Source of the DNA: a virus
Virus record (IMG/VR): IMGVR_UViG_3300022756_000004
Span: 3,215 to 67,214 of that record
DNA length: 64,000 nucleotides
Direction: 5' to 3' (one strand)
Below the pieces are notes generated by a model. That model ran no database searches. It saw only the letters and a list, made by a program, of their open reading frames with translations, and had not been told where the DNA came from. The position numbers and the translations under genes are program-made. Shown here one piece after another: positions 46,523-56,464 of this stretch (the stretch's first letter is position 1; every line of letters starts with the position of its first letter).

Positions 46523-46686
46523 CATTCTGGCACTTGTTGATTCTTATCTTGGTCTGCTGGATTCTCGGCTCGGTGTGGCTCTCGATGTACATCGGGCACC
46601 GCATCAAGATGGCCGAGATGGAGCAGAAAGTGATCGATCGCGAATACGAGATCGAGAAGCTCAAGAGCGACTTCAGGAACTCATGA
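46519..46686 (+). CDS. Small membrane protein
   Basis: AGGAGG RBS, transmembrane segment plus coiled coil. Confidence 0.65.
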   Translation: MTFWHLLILILVCWILGSVWLSMYIGHRIKMAEMEQKVIDREYEIEKLKSDFRNS

Positions 46687-47033
46687 GCACCAAGAGCGCT
46701 GCACAACTAAGGATGTGGAGGGCTGTCCAGGCCGGGAAACTGATACCTTCCTCGGAGTGCCAAGAATGTGGGAAAACTCCACTTCCAACCAAGAATGGTC
46801 GTCGGGCAATTCAAGGCCATCACCACAATGGATACGAGGATGCGCTGGACGTCATTTGGCTATGCCCTAGCTGTCATAAGCTGGCTCATCGATATACGGC
46901 TTCTGAAGAGACTAAGAGGAGGATGAGCGTGGCCAATAAGGGGCGAGTGCTTAACTTGTCTCCCGAAGACAGAGCCAAGAAGGCGGAGTCTTGCAGGATT
47001 CAGGCTCCGTGGAAGGCTAGGTGGGGCGCATAA
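46683..47033 (+). CDS. HNH-like endonuclease with NUMOD3-like tail
   Basis: CQECG...HH..Y...LDVIWLCPSCH...H, then SEETKRRMS..NKG. Confidence 0.75.
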   Translation: MSTKSAAQLRMWRAVQAGKLIPSSECQECGKTPLPTKNGRRAIQGHHHNGYEDALDVIWLCPSCHKLAHRYTASEETKRRMSVANKGRVLNLSPEDRAKKAESCRIQAPWKARWGA

Positions 47034-50000
47034 TGCGATACGTCAGCCTTCATACCCACAGTACGTTCTCGTACGGGGATGGATTCGGCCCCGTAAAATC
47101 CCATGTGGCCCGCGTGGCGGAACTGGGCATGAAGGCTGTCGCCCTGACAGAACATGGGAATACGAGCTCCCACGTACAGCTCGAGAAAGCCTGCAAGGAC
47201 TATGGGATTAAACCCCTTTACGGCTGCGAGCTCTATACGGCACCGACTGATTTCGAAGCCGACGATGGTCGCCCAATCCGAACTCGTAAGAAGTTCCATC
47301 AAACTGTTATCGCTCGAGACGAAGAAGGCTATCGCAATCTCAATCGGATGGTCTCCGCCAGCTGGAGAGATCACTTCTTCCAGTGGCCGACAACTTCTGC
47401 TCGACTTCTCAACGAGTTCGGCTCAGGCCTCGTGGTACTCAGCGGGTGTGCTGACTCACTCCTATCTTGTACCTTACTCGGTGGAAAGGAACTTGGCCCT
47501 AAACGACTGGAGTACTCCGGAGAAGATTTTGCCCGAGCTCGTGAGGTCATTGAGCGATATCAAGACATATTTGGGGAATGGTACTTTCTGGAAGTACAAC
47601 GCTTTCCGGGCCTGGAGCGAACTTGCGTTCTTAATCCTGCTTTTGCAGAGCTTTCACGAATTACTGGAGCTCGACTCGCCGCAAGCTCTGATGTCCACTA
47701 CCCATTTCCAAACGATAATGAAATGCAACGGGTTCTCCACGCAGCCCACCGAGGAGGAACTGTAGAGCAGGTAGACGCGAGCTGGGAGTACGACATCCTG
47801 CTCACCTATCCTACCTCGGACAAGGAAATACGTGATGACCTGGTCGCAACAGGACTCTCTAAGGTAGATGCGCGAGCTGCAATTGATGCAACCGCTCTTA
47901 TCGCAGACGAGTGCACAGTATCTCTTCCAAGAAACGAGCCGATTAAGTTCCCCTATCCTGGTTCCGACATGGATGGAATGGATAAAACCTGGGCGTGGGA
48001 ACGAGAGCCCGAAGACGAAGAGGGATTCGTACGAGAATACGGGTCTATTGAAGAATACGTATGGCAGAAACTTCGGGATGGCTGGCGTTTTCGGGCTGAG
48101 GGTAATTCCGAGATGGTCCGCTCTGACGCCCGAACGAAGGAGTACGTGGACCGCCTTCAATACGAAATGGAGCAGGTTTCTGAGAAAGGATTCCTGCATT
48201 ATTTCGCCATGCTGTCTGATGCCGTGTCCTGGGCTAAGGATCACAAGATCCCTGTGGGACCCGCTCGCGGTTCAGCTGCCGCGTCTCTCACCTGCTACCT
48301 ACTTCGGATCACTGAAGTGGATCCGATGCAGTTTCCCAACATGTTGTTTGCTCGCTTTATCGACCCCAATCGTCTCGACCTCCCTGACGTTGACCTCGAT
48401 TTCGCCGATGATCGCCGAGATGAGGTCCGGAAATACCTTGTTTCGGTTTACGGGGCCGATCGTGTTGGGAATATTGGAAACTTTACACGGTACAAGGGCA
48501 AGAACTCAATTGACGATATTGCACGAGTGTACCGGATTCCGGGGTACGAGGCTAACGCTATCAAGGATCTCATCGTCGAGAGGTCGGGTGGTGACGCTCG
48601 CCAGTCAGAATCTCTTGCAGATACGTTTGCCATGTTCCCTAAAGCCAGGGAAGTTCTGGATCGGCATCCAGAATTCGCTCTCGCCGAGCGGCTCGAGGGT
48701 AACTACCGTGGACTCGGGGTTCACGCCGCCGGTATTGTAATCTCCAATGCACCCATCACGGACACTTGCGCGGTCTACACGCGGCCGAAAGCCAACTCGG
48801 ACCAGAACGTAACCGTGGTGGCGTACGACAAGAAGGACACCGAGTACCTCGGTATGCTGAAGGCGGACTTCCTGGGATTGTCCACCATGGGCATGATCGG
48901 TATTGCCCTGGACATCATTGGCATGGACCTGGAGGATCTGTATCGTGTCCCCATCACCGAAGAACGAACCCTACGTGCATTTAAGGATAACGACCTCACG
49001 GGAATATTCCAATTTGAAGGCCGGGCCACGGCAATCGTCAACGCTGATGTTGTCCCGGACAACTTCGGGCACCTGGCGGATATCAATGCTCTCTCCCGCC
49101 CCGGACCGCTCTTCTCTGGAATGACCGCTGAGTACTGCCACGTCAAGCACGGCAGAAAGGAGGCTGAGAAGCTGCACCCGGTCGTTGACCGGTTGACCGG
49201 CTGGACCTATGGTCAGATTGTATATCAAGAACAGGTTCTCAGTATCGTCAAGGATCTCGCAGGATTCCCAATGGCGCGCGTCGGCGATATCCGTCGTATC
49301 ATTAGCCAGAAACTCGGCCAGATGGCCATGGCTAATGCATACCAGGAATTCGAGGAAGGATGTTTCAAGACCCATGGGATCAAGGCGGATCTAGCTCGCC
49401 GGATCTGGAACTTTATCGCTACGAGCTCTACCTACAGCTTCAACCAGAGTCATTCGGTGAGCTACTCGCTGCTTGCATTCTGGTGCATGTACCTGAAGTT
49501 GTACCACCCGACTGCTTTCTACGCCGCCCAGCTCACAAAGGTCGGCGACGGCAAGGATGATCTGTATGACCGAGGCAAGCTCATGCAAGACGCCATCCGC
49601 CACGGGATTACGATTGCGCCCCCGGACATCGAGCTTTCGGGACCGAACTGGACAGCCGACACGGATTCGAAACGGGTCCTGGCTGGCTTCATGCAGGTTT
49701 CCGGAATCGGACCGGCCACGACGCAGAACATACTTCAGTGGCGGAAGGACGAGAGAGAGTTTCGAGAGCTGTCATCTTCTGGGATCAATGCTCCTTATCA
49801 GTGGGGCGATCTCATCGCCGTCAAGGGGATTGGTCCCAAGACCATCGAAAAGATCAAGGAGTTTGCGGAGGCGGAGGATCCTTTCGGGATCCACGCGGTA
49901 GAGCGCAAGGTCGGCCCGGTGCGTACAGCAATTCAGAATGGAGAGGATGGGATGGAGATGTTACCCGCTCCGTCCCACCACTCCACTGAGATGCCGCGCG

Positions 50001-50335
50001 ATGGGGTTCATACTGTGACTTGGCTCGGTATCGCCCGGAGCCTTAACTACAAGGACTACGTAGAAGCGACCCGTACTCGCACTGGCCAAGACGAGGAGGA
50101 GATCCTGGCCAATATGCGGGATCCCGAATTGCGAAAGTCATGCGTAGTGCGCGCCTACGACGAGGGTGACGAAGATGTCTACCTGCGATTCAACAGGTGG
50201 CAGTATCCGAAGTTCCAGGAGGCTCTGGAAGAACTGAATCCTGAAGAGGATCTGGTTCTGATCCGGGGCACCAAGCGCGAGGACTTCGGTATTTCAATCC
50301 ACGTAAAAGATCTCTGGGTGATATCTGGTGACTAG
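47033..50335 (+). CDS. dnaE: DNA polymerase III alpha subunit (DnaE-like)
   Basis: PHP domain LHTHS.FS..DG and ALTEHG; ARGSAA.SL, PDVDLDF, HAAG, K.DFLGL, YQEQ, YSFN.SH. Confidence 0.95.
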   Translation: MRYVSLHTHSTFSYGDGFGPVKSHVARVAELGMKAVALTEHGNTSSHVQLEKACKDYGIKPLYGCELYTAPTDFEADDGRPIRTRKKFHQTVIARDEEGYRNLNRMVSASWRDHFFQWPTTSARLLNEFGSGLVVLSGCADSLLSCTLLGGKELGPKRLEYSGEDFARAREVIERYQDIFGEWYFLEVQRFPGLERTCVLNPAFAELSRITGARLAASSDVHYPFPNDNEMQRVLHAAHRGGTVEQVDASWEYDILLTYPTSDKEIRDDLVATGLSKVDARAAIDATALIADECTVSLPRNEPIKFPYPGSDMDGMDKTWAWEREPEDEEGFVREYGSIEEYVWQKLRDGWRFRAEGNSEMVRSDARTKEYVDRLQYEMEQVSEKGFLHYFAMLSDAVSWAKDHKIPVGPARGSAAASLTCYLLRITEVDPMQFPNMLFARFIDPNRLDLPDVDLDFADDRRDEVRKYLVSVYGADRVGNIGNFTRYKGKNSIDDIARVYRIPGYEANAIKDLIVERSGGDARQSESLADTFAMFPKAREVLDRHPEFALAERLEGNYRGLGVHAAGIVISNAPITDTCAVYTRPKANSDQNVTVVAYDKKDTEYLGMLKADFLGLSTMGMIGIALDIIGMDLEDLYRVPITEERTLRAFKDNDLTGIFQFEGRATAIVNADVVPDNFGHLADINALSRPGPLFSGMTAEYCHVKHGRKEAEKLHPVVDRLTGWTYGQIVYQEQVLSIVKDLAGFPMARVGDIRRIISQKLGQMAMANAYQEFEEGCFKTHGIKADLARRIWNFIATSSTYSFNQSHSVSYSLLAFWCMYLKLYHPTAFYAAQLTKVGDGKDDLYDRGKLMQDAIRHGITIAPPDIELSGPNWTADTDSKRVLAGFMQVSGIGPATTQNILQWRKDEREFRELSSSGINAPYQWGDLIAVKGIGPKTIEKIKEFAEAEDPFGIHAVERKVGPVRTAIQNGEDGMEMLPAPSHHSTEMPRDGVHTVTWLGIARSLNYKDYVEATRTRTGQDEEEILANMRDPELRKSCVVRAYDEGDEDVYLRFNRWQYPKFQEALEELNPEEDLVLIRGTKREDFGISIHVKDLWVISGD

Positions 50336-50762
50336 ATATACATCAGCTCAGGCCATTATCAAGTTCTGGGGTCGAGTGGACATAACTCCAATTTGCTGGA
50401 ACTGGACGGCTGGAAGAGCTGGGAAATACGGACAGTGCTACACATTTACCGTCCCCAAATATGTCCACGTCGTATCCTATGAATTGGAGATTGGGTCAGT
50501 TCCAGAGGGGCTAGTTCTTGATCATATCTGTAATAATAAGATATGTGTAAATCCTCTTCATCTTGAGCCAAAAACTCAACGAGAAAATATTCTTCGTGGA
50601 ACTGGAGTGGCAGCAAACAACTCTCGAAAGACCCGCTGTTCAAACAATCACGAATTTAGTAAGGAGAATACCAGGAATTCAGTCAGAGGCAGAGTTTGCA
50701 GAGAATGCGAACGGATCAGAGACAAGAAAAGAGTAAGACCGTTATCAGGAGATGATGAATGA
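50328..50762 (+). CDS. HNH homing endonuclease
   Basis: CWNW.....YG...H..SYE...DHIC.NK.CVNP.HLE..T..EN; AT-rich. Confidence 0.88.
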   Translation: MTRYTSAQAIIKFWGRVDITPICWNWTAGRAGKYGQCYTFTVPKYVHVVSYELEIGSVPEGLVLDHICNNKICVNPLHLEPKTQRENILRGTGVAANNSRKTRCSNNHEFSKENTRNSVRGRVCRECERIRDKKRVRPLSGDDE

Positions 50763-51214
50763 CACAAGTAGTTAAGCCCTCGAATATCGAGGATCAGGTT
50801 CTGAGCTTCATGCGGCAGGCCGGTCAGCTCGGAGAGATCGGCTATCCGCACTTCTACTCGGACCTCCGCCAGAACAGGTGGGAGATGCTCATGGGAACCC
50901 ACGGCGAGATCATGGAGTACATGGTCGCTGAGGCTCGGGACGATCTGGTCGAAGCGGTGGACGGCCTCATCGACTCCATGTGGGTGATGATGGGAACGCT
51001 GCTCACCTACGTCGGCGCAGACTGCGCTCGGGATCTCATGAACGAAGTGGCACGAGCGAACCTGTCCAAGGTGGACGGCTCGTTGGCTCCACTGGAGCTG
51101 AACGACAAAGGCAAGGTCGTGAAGCCCGAAGCCTGGGAACCCCCGGATATCGAGGGCATCCTGAATCGGCACGGCTGGAAGCTGAACGAGAACGGAACCC
51201 CGATCAGTGACTGA
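50759..51214 (+). CDS. MazG-like NTP pyrophosphohydrolase (dUTPase-like)
   Basis: E..E....DLVE..DGL.D...EV..AN.SK...GKV.KP..W.PPDI. Confidence 0.8.
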   Translation: MTQVVKPSNIEDQVLSFMRQAGQLGEIGYPHFYSDLRQNRWEMLMGTHGEIMEYMVAEARDDLVEAVDGLIDSMWVMMGTLLTYVGADCARDLMNEVARANLSKVDGSLAPLELNDKGKVVKPEAWEPPDIEGILNRHGWKLNENGTPISD

Positions 51215-51572
51215 CAAGGGCTTCGAAAAGGCGGCTGAGTTCCTCGAGGATGAGCCGAGCAACCTTCCGGCGAACACGCACGATCCAGAGACCGGTGAGC
51301 CGATCGGCCAGGGACTGACGGAGCTGGACTTCGCCATGTTTCAGAACCGATTCGGACCGGCAATGGCTGGAGAGATATCTCCCCAGCGTCGAGCGCTGGC
51401 GGAAGCTCGTATGAGGACGGTAGCGGCCCTCCTCGGACAGCAGGCTTCCACCTTCGTGGAATACCTGAAGAAGATCGGTCTGCCCTATACGTTCGACACT
51501 AATGCCGACGGCAAGAAGATCATCTGCATCACCCTGGAAGACATCGCCGAGAACGACATGAAGAGAGGCTGA
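51207..51572 (+). CDS. Hypothetical protein
   Basis: Tight packing, codon usage. Confidence 0.7.
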   Translation: MTDKGFEKAAEFLEDEPSNLPANTHDPETGEPIGQGLTELDFAMFQNRFGPAMAGEISPQRRALAEARMRTVAALLGQQASTFVEYLKKIGLPYTFDTNADGKKIICITLEDIAENDMKRG

Positions 51573-51573
51573 A

Positions 51574-52104
51574 ATGGGCGTAGGAGCTAACGCCATTCGA
51601 ACGGACCGACAGATCGTCACGCTGTGCGGCAGTATGCGGTTCTGGGGTCAGATGGTGGAAGTCGCCAAGGTGATGACCATGGATGGAGCTGTGGTACTTG
51701 CTCCGTTCGTGGACGTATCCATTCTGGATGATGAGGCTGAGGGGACCCATCGCAAGAAGAAGCAACTGGACGATTTGCACATGGACAAGATCGCCATGAG
51801 CACCCGAGTGATCGTCGTGATGGTGGACAATTACGTCGGAGAGTCCACTCAGAAAGAGATCAGCTACGCTGCGGCCCAGGGTATCGAGATTCAGTTTCGG
51901 AACTTCCCCACCGCCATCGGAAACACCGGAGCGACGATCAACCAGCCCAAAGCATCAGAAGATGTTCAACTGATTAATACCGGAAACGGTAAGGTCTTCG
52001 CCAACGGCGTTGAGGTAGATCCGGAGACGATGAAGCCGGTTCGCCAGGCCATGCATCTAGACAGCCTCCCTCCCTTCGACCCGTTCGAGGACGAGACGCT
52101 GTGA
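51574..52104 (+). CDS. Nucleoside 2-deoxyribosyltransferase-like (DUF4406-like) protein
   Basis: VTLCGSMRF...G.VVLAP...LH.DKI.MS...YVGEST.KEI.YA. Confidence 0.65.
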   Translation: MGVGANAIRTDRQIVTLCGSMRFWGQMVEVAKVMTMDGAVVLAPFVDVSILDDEAEGTHRKKKQLDDLHMDKIAMSTRVIVVMVDNYVGESTQKEISYAAAQGIEIQFRNFPTAIGNTGATINQPKASEDVQLINTGNGKVFANGVEVDPETMKPVRQAMHLDSLPPFDPFEDETL

Positions 52105-52203
52105 TCTTCGTATTTGGACTGGTGGTTGGACTGATCGTCGGCGGCATTTTGGGATTTATCGCCGGTCTGTTCATCGCCTCTATCGAGAACCCATAGGAGC
52201 ACA

Positions 52204-53457
52204 ATGACGGAACCTGATATCGAAGGTATCTTTGACCGCAAGAATAAAGAGGAGTTGGGATACATTCCAGGGAAACAGGTAGCTAAGTACGCGGACGAGA
52301 GCATGTTCGTGGCGGAGAAGACCGAGGCGCTAACTCCTCGGGTAACTCTGATCCATGCGAACAACGATCCGCTCGGGCAGTTGGCACAGCTCGGAATGAT
52401 GTACCAGGGCAAGAGCGTTCGCAATATCGCCGAGATCACGGACGAGGATCGGCGGTATTACTTCAAGGACGGTCGCAAGAACATCCTCGGGATGCCTTCC
52501 GAGGCTATCGTGTTCCACTTTCTCATCGAGAACGTGACGCGGTCGTATACTCATCAGCTGGTTCGCACGCGGCACGCCAGCTACGCACAGGAGTCTCTGC
52601 GATTTGCAGTCAAGGAAGATTTCCCGGTGGCTCTTCCGCCAAGCCTGGCGGGTACGAAGGACCTCGACGAGCGGGCTCTGGAGTTCTGCTTGCAGATGGG
52701 ATGGGATCCAACCGACGGATTCCCGAACAGCAACATGGATCGAGCTCGGGCACAGGCCCGGTCCAATCGGACCGAAGCTGAGATCATGCGGGATCAGTGG
52801 GATGACGAAGTAGACCGACTGGCACGTTCGTACAACATTCTGATCCATCAGGGAATGCCTGCGGAGGACGCCCGAGGGCTGCTCCCGCACAACATTCTCA
52901 CCAAGGTCAACATGGTGATCTCGTTGAGGGCTCTGATGGGCATGGCTGGCCAACGGCTGTGCACTCAAGCACAGTTCGAACACCGGCAGGTGTGGGATCA
53001 GCTGCTCGCGGCTATGCGAACCTACGGGCACACCAAGGTCTACGCCAGAGATGGCCAAGATGAGTACGGGGAGTGGCAGGATTCTCCGAATTCGGGCTGG
53101 CAGTTCGACGCCATGGCGAATCAGTTCCTCCCCATCTGCTATCAGACCGGCAAGTGCCAGTTCGAGAGCGACTTCGATCGGTATTGCAACATCCGAGATC
53201 GGGTGCAGGCCAACGCCAAGATCGGCCGTCCTAGTAGCGAGTGGAATCGGGAATGGCTCGTGCCGGTGGCTCCGGATTACGATCCGCTGGTGGATCTCGG
53301 GATGCCCACATCTCCTCCGTTCCCCACCGTAGAAACCAGGGTCGGTATCCCGGCCATCAATCCGCAGGAATGGCTCCATCCCAATGCGGCTATCCAGCCG
53401 GATGGCCTGTGGCGGAGCCAGGAAGCGCAAGAGAACATCAAGGACAGGAGGCTCTGA
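52204..53457 (+). CDS. thyX: Flavin-dependent thymidylate synthase-like protein (divergent)
   Basis: F.IENVTR..THQLVRTR.ASY.QES.RF, EDARGLLP, RLC.QAQ.E. Confidence 0.8.
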   Translation: MTEPDIEGIFDRKNKEELGYIPGKQVAKYADESMFVAEKTEALTPRVTLIHANNDPLGQLAQLGMMYQGKSVRNIAEITDEDRRYYFKDGRKNILGMPSEAIVFHFLIENVTRSYTHQLVRTRHASYAQESLRFAVKEDFPVALPPSLAGTKDLDERALEFCLQMGWDPTDGFPNSNMDRARAQARSNRTEAEIMRDQWDDEVDRLARSYNILIHQGMPAEDARGLLPHNILTKVNMVISLRALMGMAGQRLCTQAQFEHRQVWDQLLAAMRTYGHTKVYARDGQDEYGEWQDSPNSGWQFDAMANQFLPICYQTGKCQFESDFDRYCNIRDRVQANAKIGRPSSEWNREWLVPVAPDYDPLVDLGMPTSPPFPTVETRVGIPAINPQEWLHPNAAIQPDGLWRSQEAQENIKDRRL

Positions 53458-53673
53458 ATGAGTCAGCTGATCGTGAGCGGTGAGGATCGTTCCGAGTTCT
53501 ACGAGAAGATCCGAGAGTCCATCAATATCTGTTCGGTGGATAACGAACTGAATATTCCGGACTTCATCCTGGCCGAGTACGTTTTGAAGAATCTCCTCGC
53601 ATTGAAAGAGACTCTCCAGGCTTCGTCTACCTGGAAGGGCGAGGCTTTCGATTTCACGCCGGGGAGGCAATGA
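53458..53673 (+). CDS. Hypothetical protein
   Basis: AGGAGG RBS; S.DN..N.PDFILA.Y motif. Confidence 0.7.
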   Translation: MSQLIVSGEDRSEFYEKIRESINICSVDNELNIPDFILAEYVLKNLLALKETLQASSTWKGEAFDFTPGRQ

Positions 53674-53907
53674 AGCGCTGGCTGGATCAGTTCTGGCACC
53701 AATACGGCCTCGGACATCTCATCTGCCGTAATTTCGAAGAAGTCCTGGGGCAAGGTCCCACCTACGAAGTATGCACCTGCGGAAAGGAATGGAAGTGAAG
53801 ACGTTCTTTCAGAAGCTGTTCATGGCGGTCGCTGTCTCCACGGCGGCGAAGCTGGCCTTCATCGGTCTCGAGGCCGTGATCGAGAAGGTCATCAAGGAGC
53901 ACAAGCA

Positions 53908-54201
53908 GTGAAGAAGTACTACGAGATTCAGGTGAGCAACATCGACGAATGCAGCCTCCCCGAGGTTGTTGACATGGTCGAGAAGCTGCGAGCCATGCAG
54001 TTTCCCGGTACTTTCTGGGGCTGGGTCGGTGCGAAGCTGATGGTCACGGGCTACCAGAAGATGATCGATCTCTGCAAGAAGGAATGGGACAAGAAGATCC
54101 TCAAGGACCCGTCCAAGTTGGCGGAGATGCCCAAGTTCCCCGGCTTTCATCTCATGAAGGTGTACGAGGATTACGACAAGATCATGCGGGAGAAGAAGTA
54201 G
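53908..54201 (+). CDS. Hypothetical protein
   Basis: AAGGAG RBS. Confidence 0.65.
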   Translation: MKKYYEIQVSNIDECSLPEVVDMVEKLRAMQFPGTFWGWVGAKLMVTGYQKMIDLCKKEWDKKILKDPSKLAEMPKFPGFHLMKVYEDYDKIMREKK

Positions 54202-54825
54202 ATGGGACAGACACCCAGGGCCATGGGATCCGACGACTACGAGGATATCACCGGCAAGGTGGATCTGGACGGCGGTCTGAATCTCGACGACCCGATCTTC
54301 AAGGCGATCGCCGAGGCAAACCAGATCGCCAACTTCAAGAAGGCCGCAGGCGAAGCGGCTTGGACGGCGGTCCAGAACAACGTGAACGTGGAGATCCCGA
54401 ACCCCGGTATCGTCATCGCACCGGCCCGGAGCGTATCTGAGATCAGCGACGGGGATCACACCTTCAAGGATCTGTACTTCGCTCGGATGCTCCTGAACGC
54501 GGCGCTGTTCAACGAGTGGTCGGGCTGGCAGTTCCCGCACAAGCGAGTCCGCAGCGTGCAGAAGTCCAAGCTCCACGCGGACGGAACCATGTTCGAAGGC
54601 GGATGGTTCATCGTCATGGCCGAGCTGGAGCAGCGGGACGGATCCTTCAGACAGATCTCGTTCCATTACGAGATTATGTGGTGGGATCTGTTCCAGATCA
54701 ATCCCCGTGTACGGGCTGCGGAGTGGGACGGACACGACGCATCCGAAGCCTATCGCCGTATCGGGGAGTTCCTGTCTCTGACGGTGGCTCCGGATAGCAC
54801 TCTCGGAACGCTGTTCAATGGCTGA
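54202..54825 (+). CDS. WDGH-motif protein
   Basis: SDG.HTF..LY..R...KS..H.DG...WFIV...QIS.HY...W..F...EWDGH. Confidence 0.75.
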   Translation: MGQTPRAMGSDDYEDITGKVDLDGGLNLDDPIFKAIAEANQIANFKKAAGEAAWTAVQNNVNVEIPNPGIVIAPARSVSEISDGDHTFKDLYFARMLLNAALFNEWSGWQFPHKRVRSVQKSKLHADGTMFEGGWFIVMAELEQRDGSFRQISFHYEIMWWDLFQINPRVRAAEWDGHDASEAYRRIGEFLSLTVAPDSTLGTLFNG

Positions 54826-55090
54826 GATTCTGACCCGTGAGGGCATGATCCAACAGATGAACGTCGTGGCGGAACGAGCCCTTGTGCTCGCCCGTCGGGC
54901 CAAGCTTCGCAGTGAAGACAAGAATGAGATGGCTAAGGCCATCCAGAAGGAGGGCATCTCGGAAGAAGTTTACCAGCTGATCGTAGACGCATACTCAGCG
55001 GGTTTCAATGCAGCGACCCAGCCGTGGATGGACGTTCTCAAGAATTTCAAGACAATGCCCCTCTACAAAACCAATGGCCGTCACAAATAA
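54818..55090 (+). CDS. Hypothetical protein
   Basis: Overlap coupling. Confidence 0.6.
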   Translation: MAEILTREGMIQQMNVVAERALVLARRAKLRSEDKNEMAKAIQKEGISEEVYQLIVDAYSAGFNAATQPWMDVLKNFKTMPLYKTNGRHK

Positions 55091-55104
55091 GTGAGGCGAA
55101 GACC

Positions 55105-55305
55105 ATGCCCGAACTCAAGGGCGATCATCCCCAATCCTCCGTATATGTCGAGGTAGCGATCCCTACCGAGAATGGAGAGAGGGTTGTATTCTACACCGAG
55201 GAGTACACCACCGATCAACTGGACTTACAAGCCGTCCAGAGAATGCTCGCAAAGTCCGGCGAAGCTGTAGCCGAGAATCTCGGTCTTCGTAACCACCCGA
55301 TGTAA
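55105..55305 (+). CDS. Hypothetical protein
   Basis: GAGG RBS. Confidence 0.55.
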   Translation: MPELKGDHPQSSVYVEVAIPTENGERVVFYTEEYTTDQLDLQAVQRMLAKSGEAVAENLGLRNHPM

Positions 55306-55460
55306 GGATGATCATGGGACATCTCAAGACAAAACTTCAACGACACGGATACGCCCCGACACGGGTATCGGCTTAGGTAAAGAAAGTGAGATTTCTAGAC
55401 ATGCTACTATCCAGGTTTCTCGAAACCAATGTCCCCAAGAAAAAGGAAGGAGGAAGGCGA

Positions 55461-55778
55461 ATGATCTCTCCTAACGAAGTTGTTTCCGCCAACGCAGATT
55501 GCCCGCACGAGCACCCCCTCGACATCGAATCACTCGTAAAAGGCGCTCAGCGACAGCGGAAACTGTACGTGAAGGACAAGATTCTCGCTAACAGCCCCTT
55601 GGTGCGGATGTTCTTCCGTACCGGCGAGGGTCACGACCACACCCCGATCATCACGGGGCATCTGGTTCGCGCACGAGCCGTCGAAATCGACGGCATGAAC
55701 GATATGTTCGAAGTAACCATTCGGGTTAATGCCGAACAGGCGGCCCAACTCCCCTTCGTGGAGGTCTACGATGCCTGA
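55461..55778 (+). CDS. Hypothetical protein
   Basis: AAGGAGG RBS. Confidence 0.65.
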   Translation: MISPNEVVSANADCPHEHPLDIESLVKGAQRQRKLYVKDKILANSPLVRMFFRTGEGHDHTPIITGHLVRARAVEIDGMNDMFEVTIRVNAEQAAQLPFVEVYDA

Positions 55779-56457
55779 AGTTATCAGCCGCTATCGCGCA
55801 GGCGACAGCAAAACTCTCCCCACACTATACCGAATTCCGTCCAAGTATGGAGCAGCGGTTCTCGTGAATCCTGACAAGTACGTCACCCAGTCCCTTCCCC
55901 GTCAAGGCGGTGCTCATCGCGAGGGACCCACCACGAATTCTTTCCGCGCGATGAGCGCGGATACACAAATCTTTCCGGTCTATCGGGATAAGGAAGGCAA
56001 TCCACGTCCCGCGAAGATGACCCAATCCATTCGGGACGAAACGGGCAAGCCCAGTTGGAAGCGAAACTGGTGGGATCGGAACCAGCACAACGCCAAACCG
56101 CACCTGATCGCTGTGGGAATCGGTTTGGTCGTGATGTTCTTGGCCCTGATCCTGGCTGAGTGTGGCTCGGCCCATGCCGCTACCGCACCCGTGCCGTCAA
56201 CGAGCGCAGGAGTGCAGCTGGACCCCTCTAATTGGGGTCCGGGCAGCGCGCAGGGTGGCCCCGTGCCCGCGCCTATGCCGAACCGTTTCGAAGGTTTCCC
56301 GGGAAAGCTCCAGATCTGCCGGATCCTGGACTCCTGGCGATGGGGTCCGAATGCCCCCGCAATCCGTACGTTGGAACTTCGGTTCCCCGAACAGCGCTGT
56401 GCGCTACAGAACATCCCCGTGGGATACGACTCGGAGGCGTACACCCCGGGAGAGTGA
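55771..56457 (+). CDS. Membrane protein with Pro-rich C-domain
   Basis: GGAGG RBS; central transmembrane segment ending AHA. Confidence 0.65.
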   Translation: MPEVISRYRAGDSKTLPTLYRIPSKYGAAVLVNPDKYVTQSLPRQGGAHREGPTTNSFRAMSADTQIFPVYRDKEGNPRPAKMTQSIRDETGKPSWKRNWWDRNQHNAKPHLIAVGIGLVVMFLALILAECGSAHAATAPVPSTSAGVQLDPSNWGPGSAQGGPVPAPMPNRFEGFPGKLQICRILDSWRWGPNAPAIRTLELRFPEQRCALQNIPVGYDSEAYTPGE

Positions 56458-56464
56458 GTCATGA

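Noticed and set aside
47033-50335. Intein or intron in DnaE
   Set aside because: Length (~1100 aa) and motif order are normal, with no intein splice motifs seen.
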